From Fidelibacterota bacterium (lineage in GTDB: Bacteria > Fidelibacterota > Fidelibacteria > Fidelibacterales > DSDE01), in NCBI GenBank assembly GCA_046735395.1, contig JBJKQR010000021.1:1-29371 (forward strand): DNA of 29,371 nucleotides, written 5' to 3'. Position 1 is the first letter of the stretch, and each line of letters opens with the position of its first letter. Under the pieces are notes generated by a model. It saw nothing but the letters and a program-made list of their open reading frames with translations. It did not search any database and was not told the origin of the DNA. This document shows positions 18,419 to 29,371 of this stretch, one piece after another. The position numbers were made by a program, and so were the translations under genes.

Positions 18419-18891
18419 ATCAGTCCACCCGAACCTGGGTTCTTTTCGGGATCCTCATCGTGATGATTGTCTATTATGTGTTGTCCACATTTGTTTTTAC
18501 GGATGGATCACCTGCCATGAATTCCGATCATCCGGCACGGAGCCTGTCGGATATCAATAAAAGCAGCGGCGGCCTGGTTGAAGCCCATAGCTATCCCCGG
18601 CTGGCCACTGTCAGCTCAGCCTGGGGGGCAGACCCCTTCTACTACCAGAGTCCGGACAAGGAAAAGGGAAAACTTTTCGGCGGACTCCTCAACGATCTGA
18701 GTCTGCCCGGCTCTGCCTTCCAGCTGAAGGGGATTGTCTGGAGCAATAATGTTCCCACGATCCTGATTAATGATGAGATTCTGAAGGTCGGGGATGAAAT
18801 CAACGGATACAGAATAGTCAGCGCGGGCAAAAATTATGTGACGCTGCGAAGCAGTTCGGAGACTGTGCAGCTGACTCTGGGAGATAAATAA
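18415..18891 (+). CDS. PilP/GspC(HR)-like protein
   Basis: GTG start overlapping pilO stop; TM anchor, DPF motif, FQLKGIVW...ILIN...LKVGDEI.G..IV.....V.L beta domain; sits between pilO and the secretin. No lipobox Cys. Confidence 0.7.
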   Translation: MNQSTRTWVLFGILIVMIVYYVLSTFVFTDGSPAMNSDHPARSLSDINKSSGGLVEAHSYPRLATVSSAWGADPFYYQSPDKEKGKLFGGLLNDLSLPGSAFQLKGIVWSNNVPTILINDEILKVGDEINGYRIVSAGKNYVTLRSSSETVQLTLGDK

Positions 18892-18936
18892 AGGATGGCT
18901 GACCCATCCGGAAACTATACGATAAAAGGCTGAACT

Positions 18937-20706
18937 ATGAAGAAATTTACGCGTATTCTAAGTATTCTCTGTCTGAGTGCTTACAGCGCATTTGCCTCCC
19001 CGAACAACCTGATCAATATCAAGGTCAGCCAGAGTATATCTGAACATATTATCGAGCTCATTTTCAATGAAAAGGTGGATAAATACGATGGCTATTCCAT
19101 GGAAAGCCCGCCGCGGGTCATCGTGGATGTACCCAACTGTACGACGGATCTGGATGGAAAAAGCGCCTTCGTGAATCTGGAACCCATGTATAATTACCGC
19201 GTTTCCACCTGGGGAGCCGGCAAAACCATGACAAAGGTGGTCCTCGAATTTCATGAAATGCCCGGCTACACCATTCTCAGCAACGACCGGTCCATTGTCA
19301 TCAAATGGGATAAGGTGGAAAAACCGGAGAAACTTCCCGAACTGCCCGAAACACGGGCGCGGAGAAATCTGGACAACAAGGTCTCCATGCAGTTTTACCA
19401 GGCCGAACTTCAGAATGTGCTCCGTCTGCTGGCCATGCAGAACGATCTGAATATTATTTCCGGTGAGGATGTAGCCGGACTGGTTTCCATCACGCTGAAC
19501 AACGTGACTGTCGAACAGATGCTGGATGCCGTCCTGAAGGTGAATGGCTACAGCTGGTTTGAGGACAAGGGCATCATCATCGTGAAACCCCGGGATACGG
19601 ATCTCTCCGGGGAAACGGTAACCAAGGTCTACAAGCTCAATTACGTTGACGCCTACATGATAGCCAATGCCATTCAGAATGTGCTCACGGAGAAAGGAAA
19701 GGCGGTGCCCTTTTCACCCTCGGTGAAGGGCTTCAATTCCGGTATTTCTTCGGGCGGGAGAACCGGAACCGGCACGGCCGGAGGCACGGCGGCTTCCGGA
19801 GCCATGGGTGCCCTGGGCGGCGCTCTGAGCGGACTCGGATCAATCGGCAGCAATACGACGGGAACCGCGACAGGCATGACGGGAAACAGCGGACTCGGAG
19901 GCACGGCCGGCGGCAATTCCGGGGCGACCTATGACATGCTTCTGGTTACGGATATGTCCCAGAATTTCCGGACCATCGACCAGGTGATCCGAACTCTGGA
20001 TATTCCCACGCCGCAGATCAATATTTCCGTCAAATTCATCGAGACCAAACTGGATCTGTCCGAGAAACTCGGTATCAACTGGAATCTGCGTGCTTCCGTC
20101 AACGGCGGCCCCTCGCAGATCGGAAACAATATCACTCTCGGTAAATTCAACCAGCTCGGCCTGGCCACCCTCACCATTTCCGAATTGTCGTCCATTATCG
20201 AGATCCTGAATACGACGACGGAAAGCAAACTGATCCAGGAGCCGCAGACGACGACGCTCGACAACAACCCGGCCGTCATTCAGGTGGGAACCACCTATCC
20301 GCTGGCTGTCACCCAGCCCGCGACGCAGTTCGGGCCTGCTACCGTCACATTCCAGGAACAGGAAGTCAATATCATTCTGAATGTGACACCCCACATCAAT
20401 GAGGATAAATTCATTTCCATGGCTGTCAACGCTCAGGTGCAGGCGGTCACAGGCTTTGCCGGGCCGGATCTGGACCGACCCATCGTCTCCACCCGAAGTA
20501 TCAATAACAATGTCCGGATTCCGGATAATAATACGCTGCTGATCGGCGGCCTGATTCTCGAACAGGACATCTTCACTGAGAAAAAGGTTCCGCTGCTGGG
20601 CAGTATTCCCATCGTGGGGCATCTCTTCAAACATACAACAACGAGCCCCCAGCGCAGTGAACTTCTTCTGTTCATAACAGCCCATATCATTGATCCGGGC
20701 AAATAG
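18937..20706 (+). CDS. pilQ: Type IV pilus secretin PilQ (AMIN-like, N0, N3, secretin domain)
   Basis: Signal peptide; PPRVIVD (AMIN-like); VSMQFYQAELQNVLRLLA...VSITLNNV (N0); LDIPTPQINISVKFIE; LNVTPHI; LLIGGL...KVPLLGSIPIVGHLFK...ELLLFITAHII. Confidence 0.93.
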   Translation: MKKFTRILSILCLSAYSAFASPNNLINIKVSQSISEHIIELIFNEKVDKYDGYSMESPPRVIVDVPNCTTDLDGKSAFVNLEPMYNYRVSTWGAGKTMTKVVLEFHEMPGYTILSNDRSIVIKWDKVEKPEKLPELPETRARRNLDNKVSMQFYQAELQNVLRLLAMQNDLNIISGEDVAGLVSITLNNVTVEQMLDAVLKVNGYSWFEDKGIIIVKPRDTDLSGETVTKVYKLNYVDAYMIANAIQNVLTEKGKAVPFSPSVKGFNSGISSGGRTGTGTAGGTAASGAMGALGGALSGLGSIGSNTTGTATGMTGNSGLGGTAGGNSGATYDMLLVTDMSQNFRTIDQVIRTLDIPTPQINISVKFIETKLDLSEKLGINWNLRASVNGGPSQIGNNITLGKFNQLGLATLTISELSSIIEILNTTTESKLIQEPQTTTLDNNPAVIQVGTTYPLAVTQPATQFGPATVTFQEQEVNIILNVTPHINEDKFISMAVNAQVQAVTGFAGPDLDRPIVSTRSINNNVRIPDNNTLLIGGLILEQDIFTEKKVPLLGSIPIVGHLFKHTTTSPQRSELLLFITAHIIDPGK

Positions 20707-20715
20707 GAGCTGAAG

Positions 20716-21780
20716 GTGAAAGCGGATATTTACTCGCTCTTAAGTTTTGCCGTAAGTTCGGGTGCCTCCGATCTCCATCTGTCCGTGAATTCCCCGCCTA
20801 TTGTCCGTGTGAACGGCGAGATGCAGCGGACCAATCAGGATGCACTGTCCAGAGATGAACTGCATACGCTGATCTATGATGTGATGAGCGATGATCAGCG
20901 ACGGGATTTTGAGGAAAAATGGGAATTGGATTTCAGCCGTCAGATACAGGGTATCGGCCGTTTCCGCATCAATGTCTACCGGGATCTGGGGGGAGAAGCT
21001 GCTGTTTTTCGCGTGATTCCCTCCTCCATAAAAACTTTTGCCGACCTGGGTCTGCCCGCCGTCATCGAACACATTTCCAAATTCGACAAGGGCCTGATAC
21101 TCGTGACCGGGCCCACCGGAAGCGGGAAAAGTACGACTCTCGCCTCCATGCTGGATTATATCAACGCGAACATGAACCGTCATATCATCACCATTGAAGA
21201 TCCCATTGAGAATGTGTTCAAATCCAAGCAGTCGCTGGTGAATCAACGGGAAGTGGGAGCGCACACCACCTCTTTTGCCACCGCGCTCAGATCCGCACTC
21301 AGAGAAGATCCGGACGTGATTGTGGTCGGCGAGATGCGGGATCTGGAAACTACCTCTCTGGCCATTACGGCGGCCGAAACCGGACATCTGGTCTTCGGTA
21401 CGCTTCATACCATCAATGCCAGCAAGACCATTGACCGCATCATTGATCAGTTTCCGCCGGACCGGCAGTCCCAGATCCGGACCATGCTGTCCGAATCGCT
21501 CACGGCCATCGTCTCCCAGGCGCTGCTGCCGAAAATTGACGGCAAGGGACGGGTGGCCGCCTTTGAGATCCTGCTGGGGACATCGGGCATCCGCAATCTG
21601 ATCCGGGAGAATAAAACATTTCAGATCATGTCTGCCATACAGACCGGCGGAAATGTGGGGATGACCACCATGGATATGTCACTCATCAAGCTGGGCAGAG
21701 AAAAACAAATTTCGAATAATACGGCCTTCGAGCATGCCAGTGATCTGGTCTATGTCAAAAAAAATCTGACGGGAGCCTGA
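20716..21780 (+). CDS. pilT: Twitching motility retraction ATPase PilT
   Basis: GTG start after AGGAG; ASDLHL, GRFRIN, GPTGSGKST, EDPIE, ALREDPD, GEMRD, TGHLVFGTLH, GIRNLIRE (AIRNLIRE motif). Confidence 0.96.
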   Translation: MKADIYSLLSFAVSSGASDLHLSVNSPPIVRVNGEMQRTNQDALSRDELHTLIYDVMSDDQRRDFEEKWELDFSRQIQGIGRFRINVYRDLGGEAAVFRVIPSSIKTFADLGLPAVIEHISKFDKGLILVTGPTGSGKSTTLASMLDYINANMNRHIITIEDPIENVFKSKQSLVNQREVGAHTTSFATALRSALREDPDVIVVGEMRDLETTSLAITAAETGHLVFGTLHTINASKTIDRIIDQFPPDRQSQIRTMLSESLTAIVSQALLPKIDGKGRVAAFEILLGTSGIRNLIRENKTFQIMSAIQTGGNVGMTTMDMSLIKLGREKQISNNTAFEHASDLVYVKKNLTGA

Positions 21781-21781
21781 G

Positions 21782-22885
21782 ATGCTGTATACTCTGGAAG
21801 ATCTGCTGTCAGTCATGGTGGAAGCCAATGCATCCGATATGTACCTGAGCATCGCCACTTTTCCGCTGCTGCGGGTCGGCGCCAGAACCCTTCCCCTTGA
21901 AAAGGAAAAACTGGATCTGGCTACTCTTGATGCCCTGCTGAAGGAAATGGTGAGTGAAAAGCAGCTGGCGGCATTTTACGAGAAAAAGGAGCTGGATTTC
22001 ACCATTTCCCGGCAGAATCTGGGCCGCTTCCGCGTCAATGCCTTTTTTCAGAGAGGCAGCATCGCTTTTGTATGCCGTCGTATCATCAGTCAGATCAAAA
22101 CTCTGGATGAGCTGGGGATGCCGGAGGTCATGAAGGAGCTCATCAACTCCAAACGGGGACTGATCCTCGTCGTAGGCGCCACCGGATCCGGGAAGTCCAC
22201 AACCATGGCGGCCATGCTGGATCATCGCAACCGTTCGTCCTACGGTCATATTCTCACTCTGGAAGATCCGGTTGAATTCCTTCACAGCCATGTGAAAAGT
22301 ATTGTGAATCAGCGGGAAGTCGGCATGGATACGGACAATTACAAGGCCGCGCTTCGTTCTGCCCTCCGTCAGGCGCCCGATCTGCTGCTCATCGGCGAAA
22401 TCCGGGATGAGGAGACCATGGCGGCCGCCCTGAATTTTTCCGAGACCGGTCACCTGGTTCTTTCGACATTACATGCCAATAATGCCTATCAGACTCTGGA
22501 GCGGATTATGAGCTTTTTTCCGCCGGCACAGCATCACATGGTACAGCTGCAGCTGAGTCTGAACCTGAAAGCCGTCATCGGCCAGCGCCTGATTCCGGCC
22601 CGCAAAGGGGGACGCGTTCCGGCTCTGGAAATTATGCTGTCCACCAGCCGTATCCGGGACCTCATCCACAATGGGGATATCGAAACTCTTCGATCCGCCA
22701 TGGAAATGTCAACTCATGAGGGTATGCAGACCTTCGATCAGGCTCTCTATGAACTCTATGAGAAAGATATTATCTCTGTCGAGGACGCCATTCAGTATGC
22801 CGATCGGGCCAATGATCTGAAACTGCTCATCCAGTCTGAACGGAGCAGCTCGCCCGATATGATTTCCGATATACAACTGGAATAG
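21782..22885 (+). CDS. pilU: PilU-type retraction ATPase
   Basis: GATGSGKST, ALRQAPD, IGEIRD, STLHANNA, GMQTFDQAL; directly after pilT. Confidence 0.92.
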   Translation: MLYTLEDLLSVMVEANASDMYLSIATFPLLRVGARTLPLEKEKLDLATLDALLKEMVSEKQLAAFYEKKELDFTISRQNLGRFRVNAFFQRGSIAFVCRRIISQIKTLDELGMPEVMKELINSKRGLILVVGATGSGKSTTMAAMLDHRNRSSYGHILTLEDPVEFLHSHVKSIVNQREVGMDTDNYKAALRSALRQAPDLLLIGEIRDEETMAAALNFSETGHLVLSTLHANNAYQTLERIMSFFPPAQHHMVQLQLSLNLKAVIGQRLIPARKGGRVPALEIMLSTSRIRDLIHNGDIETLRSAMEMSTHEGMQTFDQALYELYEKDIISVEDAIQYADRANDLKLLIQSERSSSPDMISDIQLE

Positions 22886-22891
22886 GAATCC

Positions 22892-24844
22892 ATGGACACC
22901 GCAATTCGTATCTGTGTCGTCGATGATGAAGTCGCCATCCGCAATATGCTGGCCACATTTCTGCGGATGCGTGGGTATGAGGTCTCCGTTTTCAACGATG
23001 GAGTGGATGCTCTGGATGATCCGGTTCTTTTTGAATCGGGTATCGTTATTTCCGATCTGAATATGCCCATCGTCGACGGATTGACTCTCTTGCGTCAGGT
23101 TAAGGAAAAAAATCCGGAAACCATCTGTATCCTCATCACCGGTATGGCCACTCTGGATTCGACCATCAATGCACTGCGGGCCGGGATTGATGACTATATT
23201 CTCAAGCCCTTCGACCTGAAGGATCTGGAACGTATCATCAACAAGAATATGTCCCGGCTTCACCTCAAGATTGAAAATGAAAAACTTCAGGAGGATATAC
23301 TCCGTGAGCGGAATCTTCTCAAGCAGAAGAACACCGAGCTGGAGATCATCAATGACATCCTGGTTTCGCTGCGGAGCGCTTATGATGTGAATCTTGCCCT
23401 CGAAAAGCTGAGTGATAAGTTTGAGGATCTGTTTGCCTTCGATTATTCCTTCTATTATTCGGTGGGCAAGGGCGGTATCACCGGAAGCAGCAGGCCGAAT
23501 GTTCCCGACGCATTCAGCAGACGTATCAGCGAACTGCTAAAAAATTACTTCGATGACTCCGGGGCGGCTTCACTGCATGCTCATCTCAAGGAAAAACTGG
23601 CTGCCGAGATTCCTGAAGTGCCGGTCACGGACCTGATGGTAGCCACCTTTCACTCCGGAGAGCGGGTCATCGGAACCTGGGGATTTCTCAAAATTGACAA
23701 TCCCCGGTTTAGCAGCAAGCAGAAAGAGGATTTTCACTATTTATTCACGCTGATTCAGGGACTGCTTCAGCAGATTGATACCATCGTGGGCAATCAGAAC
23801 CGGATGCTGTCGTCGATTTTCAATCAGATTCAGAGCATCATTATCCGTGTGGATCTGGATTCGGGTGGGATTCTCACCAATAAGCCGGGACTGGATCTGT
23901 TTCGGAAAGGGGAGGCGGAACTTCGCTTCGAAGATGTCCGGCAGGTATTCGGTGGAGACTGGGATGCGGTTCTGGATGAAATTCGCCAGGAAGGCCTGTC
24001 CCGGAAAATATTTGTTACCGGCGATGAACGTGACAGCCTGGCCTACGGTGTGTCCGTCATTGAATATTCGGATCCTCCCTTTATTGAAAGAGGATTGCTG
24101 ATCAACGCAAAGGATATCACCGATCAGAAAAAGATTGAGGATATGAAGGCGGATCTCATATCCAATGTGAGTCACGAACTGAAGACGCCGCTGGCCATTG
24201 TGAAGGAATATATCTCACTGCTGCATGACCAGGTGGGCGGCCCGCTCAATGAAATGCAGCAGGGCTTTATCCGCACTATCGGAGGAAATCTGGACCGTCT
24301 GGAGCGCATTATCGGAAATTTTCTCGATATGTCCCGGCTCAGTTCCGGAAAACTTCTGGTGAGAATTTCTCCCCAGAGCGTGCCGGAAGTGCTCAATGAA
24401 ATTATCGAACCCTTCCAGATCCGCTATAAGAATAAGGGAATGTCCCTGACGATCAATATTCCGGATCCGGAACTCACATTTCCCATGGATAAGGATATCA
24501 TGGCGCAGATTCTCGTCAATCTGCTGGAAAATGCCTACAAATATGCCGGAGATAATTCGAAAGTTGAACTGGAAACGGCTATCAATGATGACGGGAACCT
24601 GTTTATTGCAGTACGGGACAATGGCAAGGGCATCCCGCGGAAAGATCAGAAAAAGATATTCGACCGTTTTTTCCGGGCGGGGCTGGAAGAGGATGTACGC
24701 CAGCCGGGAAGCGGCCTGGGACTTGCGATCATAAAGGACATGGTGGAATTGCTGGGTGGAAGAATCTGGCTGGAAAGTGAAGTGGGATCGGGAAGCAGTT
24801 TTTATGTGGAATTGCCTCCGGGGAATGATCCTGATCAGGAATAA
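22892..24844 (+). CDS. Cytoplasmic histidine kinase: N-terminal REC, coiled coil, GAF-like/PAS-like region, HisKA, HATPase
   Basis: REC (VVDDE, ISDLNMP, ILKPF); DITDQKK; H-box SHELKTPL; N-box NLLENAYKY; DNGKGIP; GSGLGL. No TM segment seen. Confidence 0.93.
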   Translation: MDTAIRICVVDDEVAIRNMLATFLRMRGYEVSVFNDGVDALDDPVLFESGIVISDLNMPIVDGLTLLRQVKEKNPETICILITGMATLDSTINALRAGIDDYILKPFDLKDLERIINKNMSRLHLKIENEKLQEDILRERNLLKQKNTELEIINDILVSLRSAYDVNLALEKLSDKFEDLFAFDYSFYYSVGKGGITGSSRPNVPDAFSRRISELLKNYFDDSGAASLHAHLKEKLAAEIPEVPVTDLMVATFHSGERVIGTWGFLKIDNPRFSSKQKEDFHYLFTLIQGLLQQIDTIVGNQNRMLSSIFNQIQSIIIRVDLDSGGILTNKPGLDLFRKGEAELRFEDVRQVFGGDWDAVLDEIRQEGLSRKIFVTGDERDSLAYGVSVIEYSDPPFIERGLLINAKDITDQKKIEDMKADLISNVSHELKTPLAIVKEYISLLHDQVGGPLNEMQQGFIRTIGGNLDRLERIIGNFLDMSRLSSGKLLVRISPQSVPEVLNEIIEPFQIRYKNKGMSLTINIPDPELTFPMDKDIMAQILVNLLENAYKYAGDNSKVELETAINDDGNLFIAVRDNGKGIPRKDQKKIFDRFFRAGLEEDVRQPGSGLGLAIIKDMVELLGGRIWLESEVGSGSSFYVELPPGNDPDQE

Positions 24845-24856
24845 TGGAGATATGGA

Positions 24857-25240
24857 ATGACTGAGACATTTAAGATTCTGATTGTGGAAGATGAACACGA
24901 TATGCAGACTGCGCTGAAAATACGGCTTGAATCCATCGGATTTACGGTGCATCTGGCCAGTGACGGCCTGGAGGGCTTTCAGCTGGCGAAAAAATATGAG
25001 CCGGATCTGATCCTCCTCGACATCATGCTGCCGAAAATGGACGGATTCAAGGTCTGCAAAATGCTTAAACTGGATAATAAATACAAACATATCCCCATTG
25101 TTCTGCTTTCGGCGAAATCGTCGGAACAGGATCTGGAGACCGGACGCAAGGCCGGTGCCGAGTATTATCTGACAAAACCCTTTCGGACGGATGACCTGTT
25201 GAAAATCATTCGTGAACTGATGACCCGGATGGATTCATGA
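24857..25240 (+). CDS. Single-domain response regulator
   Basis: ILIVEDE, LILLDIMLP, LLSAK, YLTKPF; 127 aa with no output domain. Confidence 0.94.
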   Translation: MTETFKILIVEDEHDMQTALKIRLESIGFTVHLASDGLEGFQLAKKYEPDLILLDIMLPKMDGFKVCKMLKLDNKYKHIPIVLLSAKSSEQDLETGRKAGAEYYLTKPFRTDDLLKIIRELMTRMDS

Positions 25241-25995
25241 CCGCTGCTTTTGTCATTATTTTCGGACTGGCATTCGGATCTTTTGCCAATGTGCTGATCT
25301 TCCGGCTGCCGCGGAATGAGAATTTTACCACCGGACGAAGCCACTGCCCGGCCTGCGGTGCTCCCATTGCATTCTATGACAATATCCCGCTGATTTCATT
25401 CCTGATCCTGCGGGGACGCTGCCGTTCCTGCCACAGCCCCATTTCCCTGCGTTATCCCCTGGTGGAACTGGTATCCGCGCTTCTGTTCTATTTTGCCTAT
25501 ACGAATTTCGGACTGTCGCTCATGGGGGGAGCCGCTGTGGCGTTTCTCTTCATGCTGCTGGTCCTGAGCGCTATTGATATCATGACAATGTTCGTGGATG
25601 ACCGGATGCTGATTTTCGGCGGACTGGCTGCGCTGCTTCCCTTTTTCAGCGGTGATCATCCGCTGATTCCGTATCTGGCTGCCGCTGCCGGCTATTCGGC
25701 TGGCCTCCTCGCTGTGGCGCTCCTGGGGAAATTGCTCTATCGCCGGGACAGTATGGGCGGCGGGGACATCAAGCTTGCCTTTGTCATCGGCCTGATGCTG
25801 GGCCCGGTCATGTCGCTGCTGTCTGCGTTCCTGGCCTTCGTCACAGCCGCACTTATCCTGATAATCCTGCGGATCATCGGCCGGATTCATCGGGGACAGG
25901 AAGTGCCCTTTGTCCCGTTCATGGCGGCCGGATCTGTTCTGGCTCTGCTCTGGGGGGAGGAAATTCTGAAATTTTACCGGACGCTGTTACACTAA
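25237..25995 (+). CDS. pilD: Prepilin peptidase / N-methyltransferase PilD
   Basis: GSFANVLIFRLP, RSHCPAC, NIPLISFLILRGRCRSC, ISLRYPLVE, AID, MGGGDIKL, PFVPFM. Confidence 0.96.
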   Translation: MTAAFVIIFGLAFGSFANVLIFRLPRNENFTTGRSHCPACGAPIAFYDNIPLISFLILRGRCRSCHSPISLRYPLVELVSALLFYFAYTNFGLSLMGGAAVAFLFMLLVLSAIDIMTMFVDDRMLIFGGLAALLPFFSGDHPLIPYLAAAAGYSAGLLAVALLGKLLYRRDSMGGGDIKLAFVIGLMLGPVMSLLSAFLAFVTAALILIILRIIGRIHRGQEVPFVPFMAAGSVLALLWGEEILKFYRTLLH

Positions 25996-26005
25996 GTGAG
26001 GAATT

Positions 26006-27685
26006 ATGAGTTATCCTACCATTAAAAAGCAACTTGGCCAGCTGCTCGTTGATTCGCAGAAAATCACTGCTGAACAGCTCGACACGGCTCTGAAGTATCA
26101 GCGGGAGCACGATACCTATCTGGGCTCTGCCATTCAGTCGCTGGGATTTATTTCCGAACCGGATCTCATGGAATTTTTGTCAGACCAGCTCGAGCTCCCC
26201 TTCATGTCGCTGGAAGATTTCACCATCACGCCGGAGGCACTGGCTGTCATTTCGGATACAACGGCGCGGCGTTTCAACATCATTCCTCTCTTTTTCATCG
26301 GCAATGACCTGACCATCGCCATCTCGGATCCGCTGAATATCAACGCCATCGATGCGGCCGCCCGTGAATCGGGGATGGACATTGAGCTGGTGGTCTGCAC
26401 CGAAACCGATATTCAGAATGCGCAGGATGCCTATTACGGGACCAATAAATATATCGGGGAACTCCGCAATGATACGGATCAGGATGATATCTTTCTCGAT
26501 ACGCTCAGCCCCGATATCAATGATGAAACGAAAGTGGTGGAGGCGGTGGACATGATGATCCGGCAGGCTGTACGCCTGGGCGCGTCCGATATCCATTTCG
26601 AACCACGGGAAAAGGATGTGCGCATCCGCTTCCGTATCGATGGTATCCTCTACGAAAATTATACCATCCCGAAGGATTTTCAGCCTCCGGTGACCTCCCG
26701 AATCAAGATCATGTCCCAGCTGAATATTGCCGAAACCCGCAAGCCGCAGGACGGACGTATCAATTTTACCAATGAAGGCAAGAAGGTCGATCTCCGCGTC
26801 TCCACATACCCGGCCTATTACGGGGAAAAAATCGTCATGCGCGTTCTCGACGACTCGCGGGCGCAGATCAGCCTGGATAAGATCGGATTTGACTCCGGAA
26901 CCCTGGAGGAATGGAAAAAACTCATCCGCAAGCCAAACGGTATTATCATGGTGACCGGCCCGACGGGATCCGGAAAGACCACGACGCTCTATTCCACGCT
27001 GCTCTTCGTCAATTCCACCGAAAAGAATATCATCACCATTGAAGACCCCATCGAATATGAAATCGACAATATCAATCAGGGACAGGTCAATCCCAAGATC
27101 GGAGTCACCTTTTCAGCGGCCCTGCGATCCATTCTGCGCCAGGATCCGGATATTATCATGGTGGGGGAAATGCGGGACAAGGAAACCATCGATCTGGCCA
27201 TCCGTTCCTCTCTCACCGGCCATCTGGTCTTTTCCACTCTTCATACCAATGATTCCGTTTCGGCCATTTCCCGAATGATCGATATGGGCATCGAACCCTA
27301 TCTCATCGCTTCCACAGTCCGGGGCATCCTGGCCCAGCGCCTGGTCCGGACCCTCTGCCCGAAATGCAAAGCCGGATTCAAGGCGCCCCAGGAGATGATC
27401 GAACGGCTGAAACTGCCGAAGAACGGAGAGTATAAATTTTATAAACCGGTCGGCTGTCTCCATTGCCGGAAAACGGGATATGCGGGAAGGACGGCCATCT
27501 TTGAACTGCTCATCATGGATGATAAACTGATTTCCATGGTGGTGAAGAATGAAAGCACGGACGAAATCCGGCGGGAAGCGGTGAAGCGGGGAATGAGGCA
27601 GCTCAGTGAACAGGGCCTGGATAAGGTGCTCAAAGGCCTTACCTCTGTGGAGGAAGTGCTTGAAATTACATCTCTCGAAATGTAA
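26006..27685 (+). CDS. pilB: Type IV pilus assembly ATPase PilB (GspE/PulE family) with MshEN-like N-terminus
   Basis: ASDIHFEP, RFRIDG, PQDGR, GPTGSGKTTT, EDPIEY, LRQDPD, TGHLVFSTLH, CPKC/CLHC zinc motif, GYAGRTAIFE. Confidence 0.94.
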   Translation: MSYPTIKKQLGQLLVDSQKITAEQLDTALKYQREHDTYLGSAIQSLGFISEPDLMEFLSDQLELPFMSLEDFTITPEALAVISDTTARRFNIIPLFFIGNDLTIAISDPLNINAIDAAARESGMDIELVVCTETDIQNAQDAYYGTNKYIGELRNDTDQDDIFLDTLSPDINDETKVVEAVDMMIRQAVRLGASDIHFEPREKDVRIRFRIDGILYENYTIPKDFQPPVTSRIKIMSQLNIAETRKPQDGRINFTNEGKKVDLRVSTYPAYYGEKIVMRVLDDSRAQISLDKIGFDSGTLEEWKKLIRKPNGIIMVTGPTGSGKTTTLYSTLLFVNSTEKNIITIEDPIEYEIDNINQGQVNPKIGVTFSAALRSILRQDPDIIMVGEMRDKETIDLAIRSSLTGHLVFSTLHTNDSVSAISRMIDMGIEPYLIASTVRGILAQRLVRTLCPKCKAGFKAPQEMIERLKLPKNGEYKFYKPVGCLHCRKTGYAGRTAIFELLIMDDKLISMVVKNESTDEIRREAVKRGMRQLSEQGLDKVLKGLTSVEEVLEITSLEM

Positions 27686-27734
27686 TATCTGCAAAGACCG
27701 GCCGGTGATACATCATGAAGACCTCAGAGTATAA

Positions 27735-29114
<1,380 letters not shown>

Positions 29115-29117
29115 AAG

Positions 29118-29371
29118 ATGCCCACATATGAATATAAAGCTCTCTCCGGAGATGGAATCCCCTTCAAGGATACAAGCGAAGCAAATTCACGCATCGAACT
29201 GATCTCGACCCTGGAAAATGAGGGGAATACCATTATTTATGTCCGGGAGAAAAAAGAATTTTCCCTTCGGGGATTCAGTTTCGGATCCGGAATCAAAGCA
29301 GATGAAATTGCTGTTTTCACCGATCAGCTGTCCACCATGCTCAATGCCGGAGTTCCTCTGCTTGCATCTCT
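29118..29371 (+). CDS. pilC: Type IV pilus platform protein PilC (GspF family), 5' part; runs off the window
   Basis: Not in the ORF track. Hand translation from ATG 29118: MPTYEYKALSGDG...IKADEIAVFTDQLSTMLNAGVPLLAS, matching the PilC/GspF MPxYxYKA and FTxQLxTMLxAGVPL motifs. Confidence 0.92.
   Translation, partial: MPTYEYKALSGDGIPFKDTSEANSRIELISTLENEGNTIIYVREKKEFSLRGFSFGSGIKADEIAVFTDQLSTMLNAGVPLLAS

Noticed and set aside
19840..20685. 281-aa minus-strand ORF
   Set aside because: Antisense shadow of the secretin domain.
24215..25090. 291-aa minus-strand ORF
   Set aside because: Antisense to the well-supported kinase and response regulator; no independent signal.
27697..27706. Perfect palindrome accggccggt before the sigma54 activator
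   Set aside because: Only 10 bp, and CCGG words are very frequent throughout the window.

Overview
Gene-dense bacterial window, almost entirely + strand, with two blocks split by one small minus-strand gene. Block 1 (1-12555) is a chemosensory operon tail. It holds the 3' part of a hybrid CheA (CheW-CheW-REC), cheW, an unexpected porin-like beta-barrel gene, two transmembrane MCPs (the second with a periplasmic CxxCH heme-c motif), cheB, cheR, a REC-PP2C phosphatase and an RsbW-like kinase. A secreted GH13 enzyme with a PNPFN-type C-terminal sorting domain abuts it. A 57-aa minus-strand gene with its own terminator follows. Block 2 (13050-end) is a type IVa pilus locus: an orphan polytopic membrane protein with a gapless 77-aa internal repeat, an ExeA-like ATPase, a PilM-PilN fusion with a ~250-aa acidic N-terminal extension, PilO- and PilP-like genes, PilQ, PilT, PilU, a REC-histidine kinase, a single-domain response regulator, PilD, PilB with a degenerate MshEN domain, a sigma54 activator with a pseudo-receiver, and the start of PilC. 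No rRNA, tRNA, CRISPR or mobile element was recognised. All calls come from motif reading only; no searches were run. The host is probably an FCB-group diderm outside the classical Bacteroidetes (inference).
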